From IMG/VR virus record IMGVR_UViG_3300028766_000008, positions 1 through 58,733 of that record: a DNA stretch of 58,733 bases; one strand, given 5' to 3'. Positions 49,705 through 58,510 of the stretch are shown here, one piece after another. The position numbers and the translations under genes are program-made. Numbering within the stretch: the first letter of the stretch is position 1; each line of letters begins with the position of its first letter. The notes under the pieces are model-generated. The model did not search any database, was not told the origin of the DNA, and saw only the letters and a program-made list of their open reading frames with translations. This DNA is from a virus. Lineage: Duplodnaviria; Caudoviricetes.

Positions 49705-50166
49705 ATGTTCGATTTGGAAAAACTTCCTCAAAGAATAAAAAATAAAATAATGCCTGAACCAAACTCTGGATGTTGGTTATGGATGGGGGCTATTGATATA
49801 GGAGGGTATGGTGTAACTTGCAGCGGAAAACACCAAAAGGTGACAAAAGCACATAGATTTGTGTTTAAATCTTTTCACGGAGGAATAGATATAAATTTAT
49901 GTTTAGACCATCTTTGCAGAGTTCACTCTTGTGTAAACCCCGCCCATCTCGAACAGGTTACTCACAGGGAAAATATGAGGCGTAATAAACCTTATATAAT
50001 TCATACATCTCATTGCCCGCATGGCCATGAATACAACGATGCAAATGCTTACATAACTTTTGATAAAAAAATAAACAAACAGCATAAAGTTTGTAGGGCA
50101 TGTGACGCTGCTAGAGGAAGAAAAAAAAGAACAAAAATAAGACTGGAAAAACTCAACAGGAGCTAA
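49705..50166 (+). CDS. HNH endonuclease
   Basis: SGCWLW, AHR, DHLCRVHSCVNPAHL...EN. Confidence 0.9.
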   Translation: MFDLEKLPQRIKNKIMPEPNSGCWLWMGAIDIGGYGVTCSGKHQKVTKAHRFVFKSFHGGIDINLCLDHLCRVHSCVNPAHLEQVTHRENMRRNKPYIIHTSHCPHGHEYNDANAYITFDKKINKQHKVCRACDAARGRKKRTKIRLEKLNRS

Positions 50167-50507
50167 CCCATGGCCGCACCCTTTGACATCCCCGACCTTT
50201 TGCCCGAATATATGCTGTACGATTTTGCAACCGCCTACGAAACCCAAATTGAGGCCGACATGCGTTTGAACCGTCCGTTTGATGTTGGGATGCTGGTAGC
50301 CGTGCATTCGTTCTATGACACGAATTTGAGGATCGGCACGGGAATCGTTCGCAAGGTCGAATACGGCGAGGCGTTTGGGCAATGGCTATGTGACGTAGAG
50401 ACCGCCCATTGCATGATGTATTGCATTGCCGCGTCACGGCTTAAACGTCAGGTGTTTACCAATGTTAAGGCTTTGCTACGGCAACGGGTTATTCAGGGAG
50501 GTGTGTT

Positions 50508-50912
50508 ATGCTAACGCCAATGTCGAAAAGAGTCATTAAGAAAATTAGCAAAAAGCCGAAAAAGACGGCATCCCCTAAACGGGTGATTGACAAAAAACAT
50601 ATTTACGAAGACGCAATTTGCATTGATCCGAAATGCCCAGATCATGCCGCTAAAGACGATCCACGCGCACCGATTGCTGCGTGGTTCCCCAAAGATTCCC
50701 CGCAAGCCTCTACGCAAGCAAGCTCAAACCGAGCACCTGAATTAACAGGGCCCCATGCAAACGATACTAGTCACGCGCATGGTGGGGGAGATCCATCCGA
50801 ACACGACATAATCCCGACAAAAACCGACTTAACCGTCATGTTCATTTGTGGTATGCTGTCAATGGCGAGTATGGGGCTAGTGCTATGGTTCGTAGTGAAA
50901 CTGCTGTCGTAA
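50508..50912 (+). CDS. C-terminally anchored membrane protein
   Basis: SD gggagg; terminal hydrophobic helix. Confidence 0.5.
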   Translation: MLTPMSKRVIKKISKKPKKTASPKRVIDKKHIYEDAICIDPKCPDHAAKDDPRAPIAAWFPKDSPQASTQASSNRAPELTGPHANDTSHAHGGGDPSEHDIIPTKTDLTVMFICGMLSMASMGLVLWFVVKLLS

Positions 50913-51064
50913 TACCGTTTCCGGCTAAGATCGTCGCGTATAACCCATTCCTGATCTGGCAATGGTACGTTGAAATGTGGACGGCATGCCTTCCAGTTGT
51001 GCGCCATGAGTGCAAGATTTACAGGTTTCCGGCTAGGGAAATAGCGCCTAGATAGTCGTTTGAG

Positions 51065-51340
51065 TCATAGAACACCTCGATCATCGTTAAGTGCCATTTC
51101 AAGTTCTTTCTCTAATTCTTCTATCTTTTGCATCAATCTGATGTTCTCTGCGGCGAGATTTATACCGCCTGATGTCATCGTAGCTTTCATGATGAGGTTT
51201 TTGGCTTCTGGTATAAACTTATTAAGCCCAGCATAGAAATCGTCCATATCAAGTTCATGGTTTTGGTTGAGTCCAAGATAAATATCCATCCAATCCAAAA
51301 TTTCCTGAACGGCTGGCGTCGTTTGTGGATTAAGTTTCAT
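51065..51340 (-). CDS. Hypothetical protein (probable start MKLNPQTT)
   Basis: SD ggag before 51340. Confidence 0.55.
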   Translation of the reverse strand: MKLNPQTTPAVQEILDWMDIYLGLNQNHELDMDDFYAGLNKFIPEAKNLIMKATMTSGGINLAAENIRLMQKIEELEKELEMALNDDRGVL

Positions 51341-51527
51341 TTGGCGGCTCCGGTAGTGGCATCCAGTGGGTGGGAATGATTTCATCTTCAAAATCATCCC
51401 AGTACCAAGCTCCCTCTGACTTATGAGCAATTGAAGGTTGTGCCCACGACTTGGCAAATACAATGACGGACGCATCATCTTCGCCATCATAGGTTTCAAT
51501 TGGCTTCCAGTTCGTCGTTTCAGTCAT
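51330..51527 (-). CDS. DUF551-like protein
   Basis: WKPIET...PTHWMPLPEPP. Confidence 0.75.
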   Translation of the reverse strand: MTETTNWKPIETYDGEDDASVIVFAKSWAQPSIAHKSEGAWYWDDFEDEIIPTHWMPLPEPPNET

Positions 51528-51723
51528 TGTGCTTCTCCAAAGTTTCGCTCAAGGCGTTCAATGCCTCTTGCGCCGACGGGTAACCATGAACTCCTCGACT
51601 CTCTGATATTCTACTCGATAGTTTATGAGCGCGTGCTTTCCATTCCTTTTGGAAATAATCACAGCTTACCTCTTCGAGACACCACCCGATGGGAAAGTCG
51701 AATGTTAAGGTGGTTTCAGTCAT
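51520..51723 (-). CDS. Hypothetical protein (MTETT start)
   Basis: Overlap-coupled in small-gene array. Confidence 0.6.
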   Translation of the reverse strand: MTETTLTFDFPIGWCLEEVSCDYFQKEWKARAHKLSSRISESRGVHGYPSAQEALNALSETLEKHND

Positions 51724-52391
51724 TGATTTAGCCCCTTCAGTTCCTCAGTGATAATTTCATCGAGATATTCATCTATCCCCTCGTTATGAAATCGAATAGC
51801 TCGATCACGATCAGCAACCATCCTATTCAGGGTCTTTGCTTTTTCTGGGTTCTTCTTTTCCCATTCCTCATAACCAACCCAACGCTTGAAGTCGTCCTTT
51901 TCATCCCAAAAATATTTTAGGCTATCACCGGGGACCGCATGGCCTCGATCAATGTCTCTGCCGTACCTATCTAGGATTGGCTCCGGCGTCGTTAGTGATT
52001 TATTTACAGGCATCATCATTTTCCATCATCGCTAAAAAACAATTCTTAGCTGCATCACGATAGTTTTGCGCACCCACTGATCCTGATACATCAGGCCAAT
52101 CTTCTTCGTTACACATAACGGTTCCGTAAGCGGCTTTAGCCCCAGCTTCAATCATCTTCTCTGTGGGGTAGGTCGTTTTAGTTGTCATGTTAGTTCTCCA
52201 AGGCGTCTGATGATAAGCGTCCGATTTCGTGGAAGCCTTCGATGTATTCATCCTTATTGAGCGAACACATCTGATTTATCTGCCGGAATACCTCTTTGAG
52301 ATAATCGACCGCTTCAATGGCATCTGCCACCGTCTGAATATCTTGGTCGAGAATGCCGCGCTTGATGGTGTCAAATTTCGTCGTTTGTGGT

Positions 52392-52592
52392 TCAATCTTC
52401 ATCTGGTGAATCTCCAAGCCATGCTTCACACATCTCAAGTGTGTCGCAGATAAAAATATCCTCATTGTCTTCCGTATGATCAGCCGGAATCCGCATCTTA
52501 GGTGGACGACCTTCGGAACACATTTTACCAATCATGCTGCGTGACTTTTTGCAGCGGTCAATGATTAGTTGTCGGTTCGTCGTTTGAGTCAT
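52392..52592 (-). CDS. Hypothetical protein (MTQTT start)
   Basis: SD gggag; overlap-coupled. Confidence 0.6.
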   Translation of the reverse strand: MTQTTNRQLIIDRCKKSRSMIGKMCSEGRPPKMRIPADHTEDNEDIFICDTLEMCEAWLGDSPDED

Positions 52593-53068
52593 GACTTGAT
52601 TACTCCCTTCATGGCTTCGATAAGCACTTGGATTTCTTGGACACTGACGTAGATAAAATCATCCATCCATGGGCGCTCGATACTTTCTAAAGCCTGTTTT
52701 GCTTTTATAAGATGAACAAAACATTCATCAAAATGTTTCTTATAGTGCTGGCTACTCATCGCAACCCGTCCAAGATCTTGCGCTTTCTTTGTAACTTGGT
52801 CTGTTACGTCGATGCCATTTTGAACAATCATAAAATCCCCCAAGGCCAGCACAAATTAAAGGCGTAATGTCTAAACCTACTTTTCGTCGTTTCAGTCATG
52901 CCGTTCTCCTGTAGATGAAGCCCGGCCACACCACCACTTCGTCGTCGGCAAGCTGTGATAGCGCAACCGCACCGCCGCGATCTTCTGTTGCCTTGCGGTC
53001 ATAACGATAGCGTCCACCCGGATAATCCAGAAATTCAGGCGGTTCTGTGGTTACTGTTTTTCGATCGT

Positions 53069-53494
53069 TCATGACATCTTCACTCCCGTATCGTGCAGGA
53101 TGCCTTCGGCCTGTAAAATTCCCAATGCCCTGACGATGTATATTTCCACCATCGGATCATGGATAAGATGCGGCACCATGTGTGGGCCAGCCTCAACCAC
53201 GTTGGTTTCGTTTTCTTCCCAATAGGCAAAAACTTTATCAGCATTGCCGTGAAATTCTTTGCCGAAGTCGTAAAGCCTTCCGATGAACACTCGCGCCTCT
53301 GGCGAAAGTTTCCAGCAAGCATCTTTGAAAGCCTCTTTCCCTTTCGGCGTTGCCCTACGGTGAGCGCCTTCCGAAAGGTCGAGTATCCTAATGGCCTCTT
53401 TGATTAGCCGCTGTTCCTCTGTTAGTTCGATCTGTGATGACTCACGCTTGTCGCAAGCCTGCGCTGCGTGCTTTTCTTCTATGTCCATTATCAT
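53069..53494 (-). CDS. Hypothetical protein
   Basis: SD ggagg; collinear. Confidence 0.55.
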   Translation of the reverse strand: MIMDIEEKHAAQACDKRESSQIELTEEQRLIKEAIRILDLSEGAHRRATPKGKEAFKDACWKLSPEARVFIGRLYDFGKEFHGNADKVFAYWEENETNVVEAGPHMVPHLIHDPMVEIYIVRALGILQAEGILHDTGVKMS

Positions 53495-53937
53495 GCTACT
53501 TCCTCCATAAAAGCTGTTATGAAACCTTCCGCTTGCGCGGCATTGATGGCATTGCCGTAACCGCGCAGTCGTCCCACTCTCGCGGAAGCCCCATGAGCCA
53601 GCGGGAATGTGCTGGGTTCAACTGGCCTCCACTTTCCATCCCGGCAGTAGAGCCAGTCAGCATCTCGCCAGAAGCCGTTAGTCGGGCCGCTTGCGGGTCT
53701 GCCCACGCCTTCGCCTGCATATTCAAATCCGACAGGCATATCCCCATCGACTGCGACCCGTTCTCCATGCTCTTGCGCTTTCGTTCCAAGAAAGCTTCCG
53801 GCTCTCCGTTCGCGTGGTTGGTCAGCGGCGTTCCCCATCCCGCTAGAACCGCCTGCTGGCTCAACGGAACTCCCGTATCGTGCGGCCTCGCTTCCCTGCC
53901 GCCCCTGCTGTGATCCTGCGCTGTTGGCGATACCCAT
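53491..53937 (-). pseudogene. C-terminal fragment of a C5-cytosine DNA methyltransferase
   Basis: [12 protein letters not shown] motif X; no motif I or PC motif IV upstream. Confidence 0.65.
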
Positions 53938-54440
53938 CCTGCCAATTCCGCAACTCTTGGTTTCTGAGTTGGATGATCTCCGCGTGTTTCTCCGTTAGCT
54001 CGCATACAGCCATTCCATAAAAATTGAATGCGCCTAACCGCCTTTGGTAAGTTAGTCCAAGCCAATTCACAATCCGCAAAATCCGTGTCTCCGTTTAGCT
54101 TATCCCAAACAAGCCAACATGATGTTGGCGGAAGATCATAATAGTTGCCGCCAAATATGATCTGATATTTTCCACAAGATCTAACTAAATCCATAAGCTC
54201 TTTAGAAATTGGCTCTTTGTCCCAATCATCATTTCCGTAATCTTTTTGATATAAAGATGCTTTCTTTAGTCCAGAAGTAAGGCCGCTTGTTCTTGTTTTT
54301 GCTTTACCGGCACTTTCACCAATCCCGTATGGAGGATCGGTAACAACCGCAGTACGTGAATAATCAAACGGAATTGAAGAAAATAAATCCTTACAATCAC
54401 CCAAGAATAATCTGCAATCTCCTATGACAACTGAGTTCAT
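53517..54440 (-). CDS. Chimeric N6/N4 DNA methyltransferase lacking SAM-binding motif I
   Basis: GDC, TDPPY and HPTQKP, then an abrupt switch to GWxxP/LNP...WLMGLP sequence; no DPFxGSGT. Confidence 0.7.
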   Translation of the reverse strand: MNSVVIGDCRLFLGDCKDLFSSIPFDYSRTAVVTDPPYGIGESAGKAKTRTSGLTSGLKKASLYQKDYGNDDWDKEPISKELMDLVRSCGKYQIIFGGNYYDLPPTSCWLVWDKLNGDTDFADCELAWTNLPKAVRRIQFLWNGCMRANGETRGDHPTQKPRVAELAGWVSPTAQDHSRGGREARPHDTGVPLSQQAVLAGWGTPLTNHANGEPEAFLERKRKSMENGSQSMGICLSDLNMQAKAWADPQAARLTASGEMLTGSTAGMESGGQLNPAHSRWLMGLPREWDDCAVTAMPSMPRKRKVS

Positions 54441-54776
54441 GGGAGCACCCTTTCTAGATGCTTAATCCAGTCGGCCTCAAATCGCCAATCCTTGCCTTCA
54501 TATCTAACAATAACATCCACTCTGCTTCCCTGTTGGCAACATTCAACTAGAGACTCTATTGAGTTCTGTTGTAAGTTGTTGAGCATATCTTGTGATAACA
54601 TCCAATCGCTGTTCATGCCCCCACCCCAAACTGACCATTTTCTTCCTCTTCGCACTCATTGGCTATATCAATACATTGCAAGCAATACGGGCCTTCTTTG
54701 TTAAGCATCGTATAATGCCGATCACCTACGTTCACACCGCAATCAAGACAGATAAAATCGCCTGATATTTCCTTGT

Positions 54777-55358
54777 TCATGGCAAATTCCTTTTAGCCTT
54801 ACGTTTTATCTTCGCGGCATAGTTAGCCTGCTCTATAGGGCGCCTCCCAAGCACTGATTTGGCCGTATTGAGGGAAACACCAGCCTCCTTAAGCAAAATC
54901 TCTGTAGGCCATTCCTTTGAAGGCATGGGCCACCTGTCTTTGATCTTGGCAATACCTTCTGCGCTTTTCTTTTTGCGAATATCTGCGGATATTTTACCAC
55001 CTACCTTGGCAGCGCCATTTTTACGAGCATCTTTCCATGCCATAACAAAGGGCAATCGAGGAATTGGCGTTTTCCATGATTGATTTTCCTCAACGCTATG
55101 TATTAGCGCGCCGCGCTTGTTAGCCATATTAATAAAGTTATTAATGTCTTTTTCATCGTCTGAAATAACGGCTATGCTCGAGACATAAAATTCTGTAATA
55201 GATTTTCTTTTTGTGTTTCTGAGCAAACTATACATGCCAGACACACCTTCAAAAATATTAATTTGATCCGGAGGAAGCATAGCCGCAGGAGCAATCGTCA
55301 AAACTTGGTGAGTTTTGCTTCTCCACGTTAAGTCAGAAATAAAGGCATTTGAGGTCAT
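54777..55358 (-). CDS. Degenerate serine-resolvase-like protein with C-terminal HTH
   Basis: AFISDL in place of YxRVS; YVSSIAVIS for VxxLDRLxR; RGALIHSVEE; C-terminal LLKEAGVSLNTA; by-eye resemblance only. Confidence 0.45.
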   Translation of the reverse strand: MTSNAFISDLTWRSKTHQVLTIAPAAMLPPDQINIFEGVSGMYSLLRNTKRKSITEFYVSSIAVISDDEKDINNFINMANKRGALIHSVEENQSWKTPIPRLPFVMAWKDARKNGAAKVGGKISADIRKKKSAEGIAKIKDRWPMPSKEWPTEILLKEAGVSLNTAKSVLGRRPIEQANYAAKIKRKAKRNLP

Positions 55359-55388
55359 TTTGTAACTTTCTTGCGTTTCGTTGTTGAC

Positions 55389-55431
55389 ACTATAATTCGT
55401 GCTTGACAGTTTGTCAATGACGGATTATATC
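55389..55431. promoter_or_regulatory. Overlapping divergent sigma70-like promoters
   Basis: Palindrome TTGACA-gtt-TGTCAA (55403-55417); minus TTGACA-17-TATAGT; plus TTGACA-17-TATATC. Confidence 0.65.
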
Positions 55432-55463
55432 TTTTTATATCAAGACAACAAACGGAGCCAATC

Positions 55464-55688
55464 ATGAAAGACCTATCTCACCTTAACGCTTTAGAAAATG
55501 GCCTAGCGAATGAACTGATGCGCCTTTCTAACGCTAAAACAGCTGGCGAACGAGAAATGCGTACGGTGTGGGTCAATCAACGCAAGAAAGAAATTGCCGG
55601 AGAAAAGAAGTTTTTGGGCATTGAAGAAACAGCCCTAGATGTTCTCTTGATGAGCGATGACGAACTACTTGCCGAACTTTCAGCTTAG
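55464..55688 (+). CDS. Small helical protein, paralogue of the 40.3 kb gene
   Basis: SD ggag; MKDLSHL...GEKKFLG...MSDDELL. Confidence 0.7.
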   Translation: MKDLSHLNALENGLANELMRLSNAKTAGEREMRTVWVNQRKKEIAGEKKFLGIEETALDVLLMSDDELLAELSA

Positions 55689-55698
55689 CCACTAACCC

Positions 55699-55816
55699 CA
55701 ATTTTTACTAAGTGAGCCGCCACAGGTCAGGCGGGGCTGAAATTCAGGATTGACCGTCTTGAAAAGCCGCAACCGGCTAGAGAAATCTAGAGCAGGGCCT
55801 CACGCAGTAAGAATTG
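55699..55816 (+). ncRNA. Candidate structured RNA (multi-stem, possible kissing loop)
   Basis: Closing stems caatttttact/agtaagaattg and gtgag/ctcac; four internal hairpins; complementary loops ggtca/tgacc. Confidence 0.6.
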
Positions 55817-55849
55817 CATCAACCCCTAACCCCAGAATTGGACAAATCA

Positions 55850-56212
55850 ATGAGCTTACCTTTTCTCTATCTGATTTTTTGCGTTCTTCCATCCGCTGCT
55901 GGATGGGCTGGAACTTTCACGATCTTGGGGATTATTACTCTTGTCGTGCTAGGCATCGCAATTGCCTTTATGACGTCAGTTGAATACAACGATGACGACA
56001 AAAAGAAATCAGCAGCAGTTATTTCTTATGCAAAGAAACTTTCTGGTTTCGTAATCTTGCTGGTGATCTTGGATGTGTTTCTTCCAGACCAAAGTCAGAT
56101 TTATAAAATTACTGGCGCATATGCCGTCACCAATAATGCTGAAATGGCTAAATTGCCTGACAACATTCTTAAGGCGGCAAATGGCTATCTTGAGAAGTTG
56201 AACGCAAAGTAA
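55850..56212 (+). CDS. Multi-pass membrane protein
   Basis: Start MSLPFLY; two to three hydrophobic segments. Confidence 0.65.
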   Translation: MSLPFLYLIFCVLPSAAGWAGTFTILGIITLVVLGIAIAFMTSVEYNDDDKKKSAAVISYAKKLSGFVILLVILDVFLPDQSQIYKITGAYAVTNNAEMAKLPDNILKAANGYLEKLNAK

Positions 56213-56250
56213 CCTTTAACCCCCAGAAACTTAACCCGAAGGAGAAGCCC

Positions 56251-56625
56251 GTGAGCAAATTAGACGATCTTACTATTGGAGAAGCCAAACAACTCGCTTC
56301 TCTTTTCTGCAAAGCCAATACGCCAATCGAATCGTGCTCGGATAATCACCCCATGATCGGCAAGCGTTGCTTGATTCGCACATATTCGGCTGGTGTCCAC
56401 ATTGGCGATGTTGTCGCCGTCAACGGTATGGAGGTGCAACTCGAAAACGCCCTGCGCCTTTGGAAGTGGGAAGGCGGCGGCCTCTCGCTTTCTGCCGTGG
56501 CAAACAATGGAATCGTCAAGGGCCGTTTGAACAAAACTGGCAGCATTTACTTGACGAATGCCATTGAGTTTATTCCCACAACCAAGGAAGCGGAGAAGTC
56601 CTTTGCAAAATTTATCGAAGATTAA
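56251..56625 (+). CDS. DUF6948-like protein
   Basis: IRTYSAGVHIG...LENALRLWKW...SLSAVA; SD aaggag before GTG. Confidence 0.7.
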   Translation: MSKLDDLTIGEAKQLASLFCKANTPIESCSDNHPMIGKRCLIRTYSAGVHIGDVVAVNGMEVQLENALRLWKWEGGGLSLSAVANNGIVKGRLNKTGSIYLTNAIEFIPTTKEAEKSFAKFIED

Positions 56626-56959
56626 AGCTGCTCATCATGGGGTTGATTGCTACGGCGACGGCTACGGCTCCGGCTCCGGCTACGGCTCCGGCTCCGGCTA
56701 CGGCTACGGCGACGGCTCCGGCTCCGGCGACGGCTCCGGCTCCGGCTACGGCTCCGGCTCCGGCTACGGCTCCGGCTCCGGCTACGGCTCCGGCTCCGGC
56801 TCCGGCTACGGCTACGGCTACGGCTCCGGCTACGGCTACGGCGACGGCTCCGGCTCCGGCTACGGCTACGGCTACGGCGACGGCTCCGGCTCCGGCTACG
56901 GCTCCGGCGACGGCTCCGGCTCCGGCGACGGCTACGGCTCCGGCTCCGGCGACGGCTAA
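56603..56959 (+). CDS. (Gly-X)n protein, X = Y/S/D
   Basis: TTG at 56603 with SD ggag; 51 tandem XXXggc units at 56651-56956. Confidence 0.6.
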   Translation: MQNLSKIKAAHHGVDCYGDGYGSGSGYGSGSGYGYGDGSGSGDGSGSGYGSGSGYGSGSGYGSGSGSGYGYGYGSGYGYGDGSGSGYGYGYGDGSGSGYGSGDGSGSGDGYGSGSGDG

Positions 56960-57007
56960 AAATTTTTAATTTTCTGAATGCACACTAACCCCAAAACGAG
57001 ACAGATC

Positions 57008-57313
57008 ATGAAAAAACTAGCCCTTATGGCACTGTGGATATTGGCAGCATGTCATCCTGATAAGCCAGCAAAAACAGACGACACCTATTCCGCATCCTGT
57101 CTTGAAAAAGATTACACAGGTATGTACGGCAATGATCTTGTTGTTGGGCTTGGTTCTGAAGCCCAAGGTGCATGCAATGTACTCATTGGCTCTTATCTCT
57201 CGGTTCCGGAATCTCACCCTGACTATTTTGAGAACATCGGAAATCGGCTGTGCCGCGATATAAGGACAGACCAGTCACTAGATTGCAAAACCGGGCTTCC
57301 AATCAACCACTAA
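57008..57313 (+). CDS. Lipoprotein
   Basis: MKKLALMALWILAA-C lipobox; four more Cys. Confidence 0.7.
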   Translation: MKKLALMALWILAACHPDKPAKTDDTYSASCLEKDYTGMYGNDLVVGLGSEAQGACNVLIGSYLSVPESHPDYFENIGNRLCRDIRTDQSLDCKTGLPINH

Positions 57314-57347
57314 CCCCAATTTCTACAAACCAGCCAAAGGGAAACGT

Positions 57348-58274
57348 ATGACTACACAAAAGAGCCAAGCCGAAATTGAAATCGAAGCCCTTCAGGATGT
57401 TTTTAACATTGCCACAACTGGCTTTAATGAGTTTTACAAAACAGCCAAGGAAAAGGATAAAGGCAACCACAGCACAGCCGCATCGTCGGGCAACGGCAGC
57501 ACAGCCGCATCGTCGGGCAACTACAGCACAGCCGCATCGTCGGGCTACGGCAGCAAAGCCGCATCGTCGGGCAACTACAGCACAGCCGCATCGTCGGGCA
57601 ACCACAGCACAGCCGCATCGTCGGGTGACGACAGCACAGCCGCATCGTCGGGCAACGGCAGCACAGCCGCATCGTCGGGTGACCACAGCACAGCCGCATC
57701 GTCGGGCTACGGCAGCAAAGCCGCATCGTCGGGCTACGGCAGCACAGCCGCATCGTCGGGTGACCACAGCACAGCCGCATCGTCGGGCTACGTCAGCAAA
57801 GCCGCATCGTCGGGCTACTACAGCACAGCCGCATCGTCGGGCTACTACAGCACAGCCGCATCGTCGGGCAACTACAGCACAGCCGCATCGTCGGGCTACG
57901 GCAGCACAGCCGCATCGTCGGGTGACGACAGCAAAGCCGAATGTGCAGGAGAGAACAGCGGATGCACAAGCATTGGTTATCGCGCCGCCGTTAAAGGCGA
58001 TCTTGGCAACCTGATAATGGCTTCCGAATATGTTGTGGAAAACAACAAGGCCATTCCAGTCGGCGGCAAAGCAGACATCATTGACGGTAAAAAACTTAAA
58101 CCGCAGTGCTGGTACATCGTTGAAAAAGACGCATGGGTTGAGGTCGATTTCACGGATGGCGTGTTCTCATACGTCCTGTCCAATAAAAAGGGCGTGAAGA
58201 AGGTCAAGACCGAACAAGGAAATGTTCTATATGTCGTAAACGACAAGAAAAGATTGGATTTGAAAAATGTCTGA
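57348..58274 (+). CDS. 9-aa-repeat protein (17 full repeats plus one partial), lacking the C-terminal domain of its paralogue
   Basis: ORF track and alignment with 58511..747. Confidence 0.85.
   Translation: MTTQKSQAEIEIEALQDVFNIATTGFNEFYKTAKEKDKGNHSTAASSGNGSTAASSGNYSTAASSGYGSKAASSGNYSTAASSGNHSTAASSGDDSTAASSGNGSTAASSGDHSTAASSGYGSKAASSGYGSTAASSGDHSTAASSGYVSKAASSGYYSTAASSGYYSTAASSGNYSTAASSGYGSTAASSGDDSKAECAGENSGCTSIGYRAAVKGDLGNLIMASEYVVENNKAIPVGGKADIIDGKKLKPQCWYIVEKDAWVEVDFTDGVFSYVLSNKKGVKKVKTEQGNVLYVVNDKKRLDLKNV
57462..57938. repeat. 27-nt tandem repeat array ggY-NAC-NNC-agc-aMa-gcc-gca-tcg-tcg
   Basis: Counted 17 full units plus a partial one. Confidence 0.95.
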
Positions 58275-58467
58275 TCAAACAACTACGAAATGCTGGCCTT
58301 GGGCGCATCAATGGTCGAAATGGTCAGAAGTCATAACGGGATATGTTGGAAAAAGCCAATGGCGTGTTTGCAGCTGCTGCGGAAAGATAAAATCTCGAAA
58401 CATAGAGTACGCGAACCAAGCTGATTCATACACAATAAACAATGCCATTAAGGAGATACCGCAATGA
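58267..58467 (+). CDS. Small Cys/His protein
   Basis: C....HQW...CSCCG; between the two repeat paralogues. Confidence 0.55.
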   Translation: MSDQTTTKCWPWAHQWSKWSEVITGYVGKSQWRVCSCCGKIKSRNIEYANQADSYTINNAIKEIPQ

Positions 58468-58510
58468 AACCACTAACCCCAATTTCTACAAACCAGCCAA
58501 AGGGAAACGT

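Noticed and set aside
55712-55803. tRNA, hammerhead or pistol ribozyme
   Set aside because: No TTC-containing T-loop or cloverleaf spacing; CUGAUGA core absent; topology does not match pistol by eye
56210-56240. CtrA binding site
   Set aside because: TTAA half-sites are 11 nt apart rather than the canonical 7, and the host is unknown
56637-56988. ATAPAP and RLRLR ORFs
   Set aside because: Alternative frames of the GX repeat with no clear SD
57462-57938. CRISPR array
   Set aside because: Variable part is only 6 nt, the period is 27 nt and in frame within an ORF, and no cas genes are present
57462-57938. Ice nucleation protein (GYGST similarity)
   Set aside because: InaZ uses 8/16-residue periodicity with TxT motifs in much longer arrays; here the period is 9 and TxT is absent
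57303-58014. Cys/Arg-rich repeat ORFs (RRCGCA, MRLCC, QPHRR)
   Set aside because: Shadow frames of the 27-nt array
55689-58481. Integron attC sites or telomere-like repeats
   Set aside because: TAAC is present but without paired GTTRRRY ends or attC hairpins, there is no tyrosine integrase, and the motif is dispersed rather than tandem
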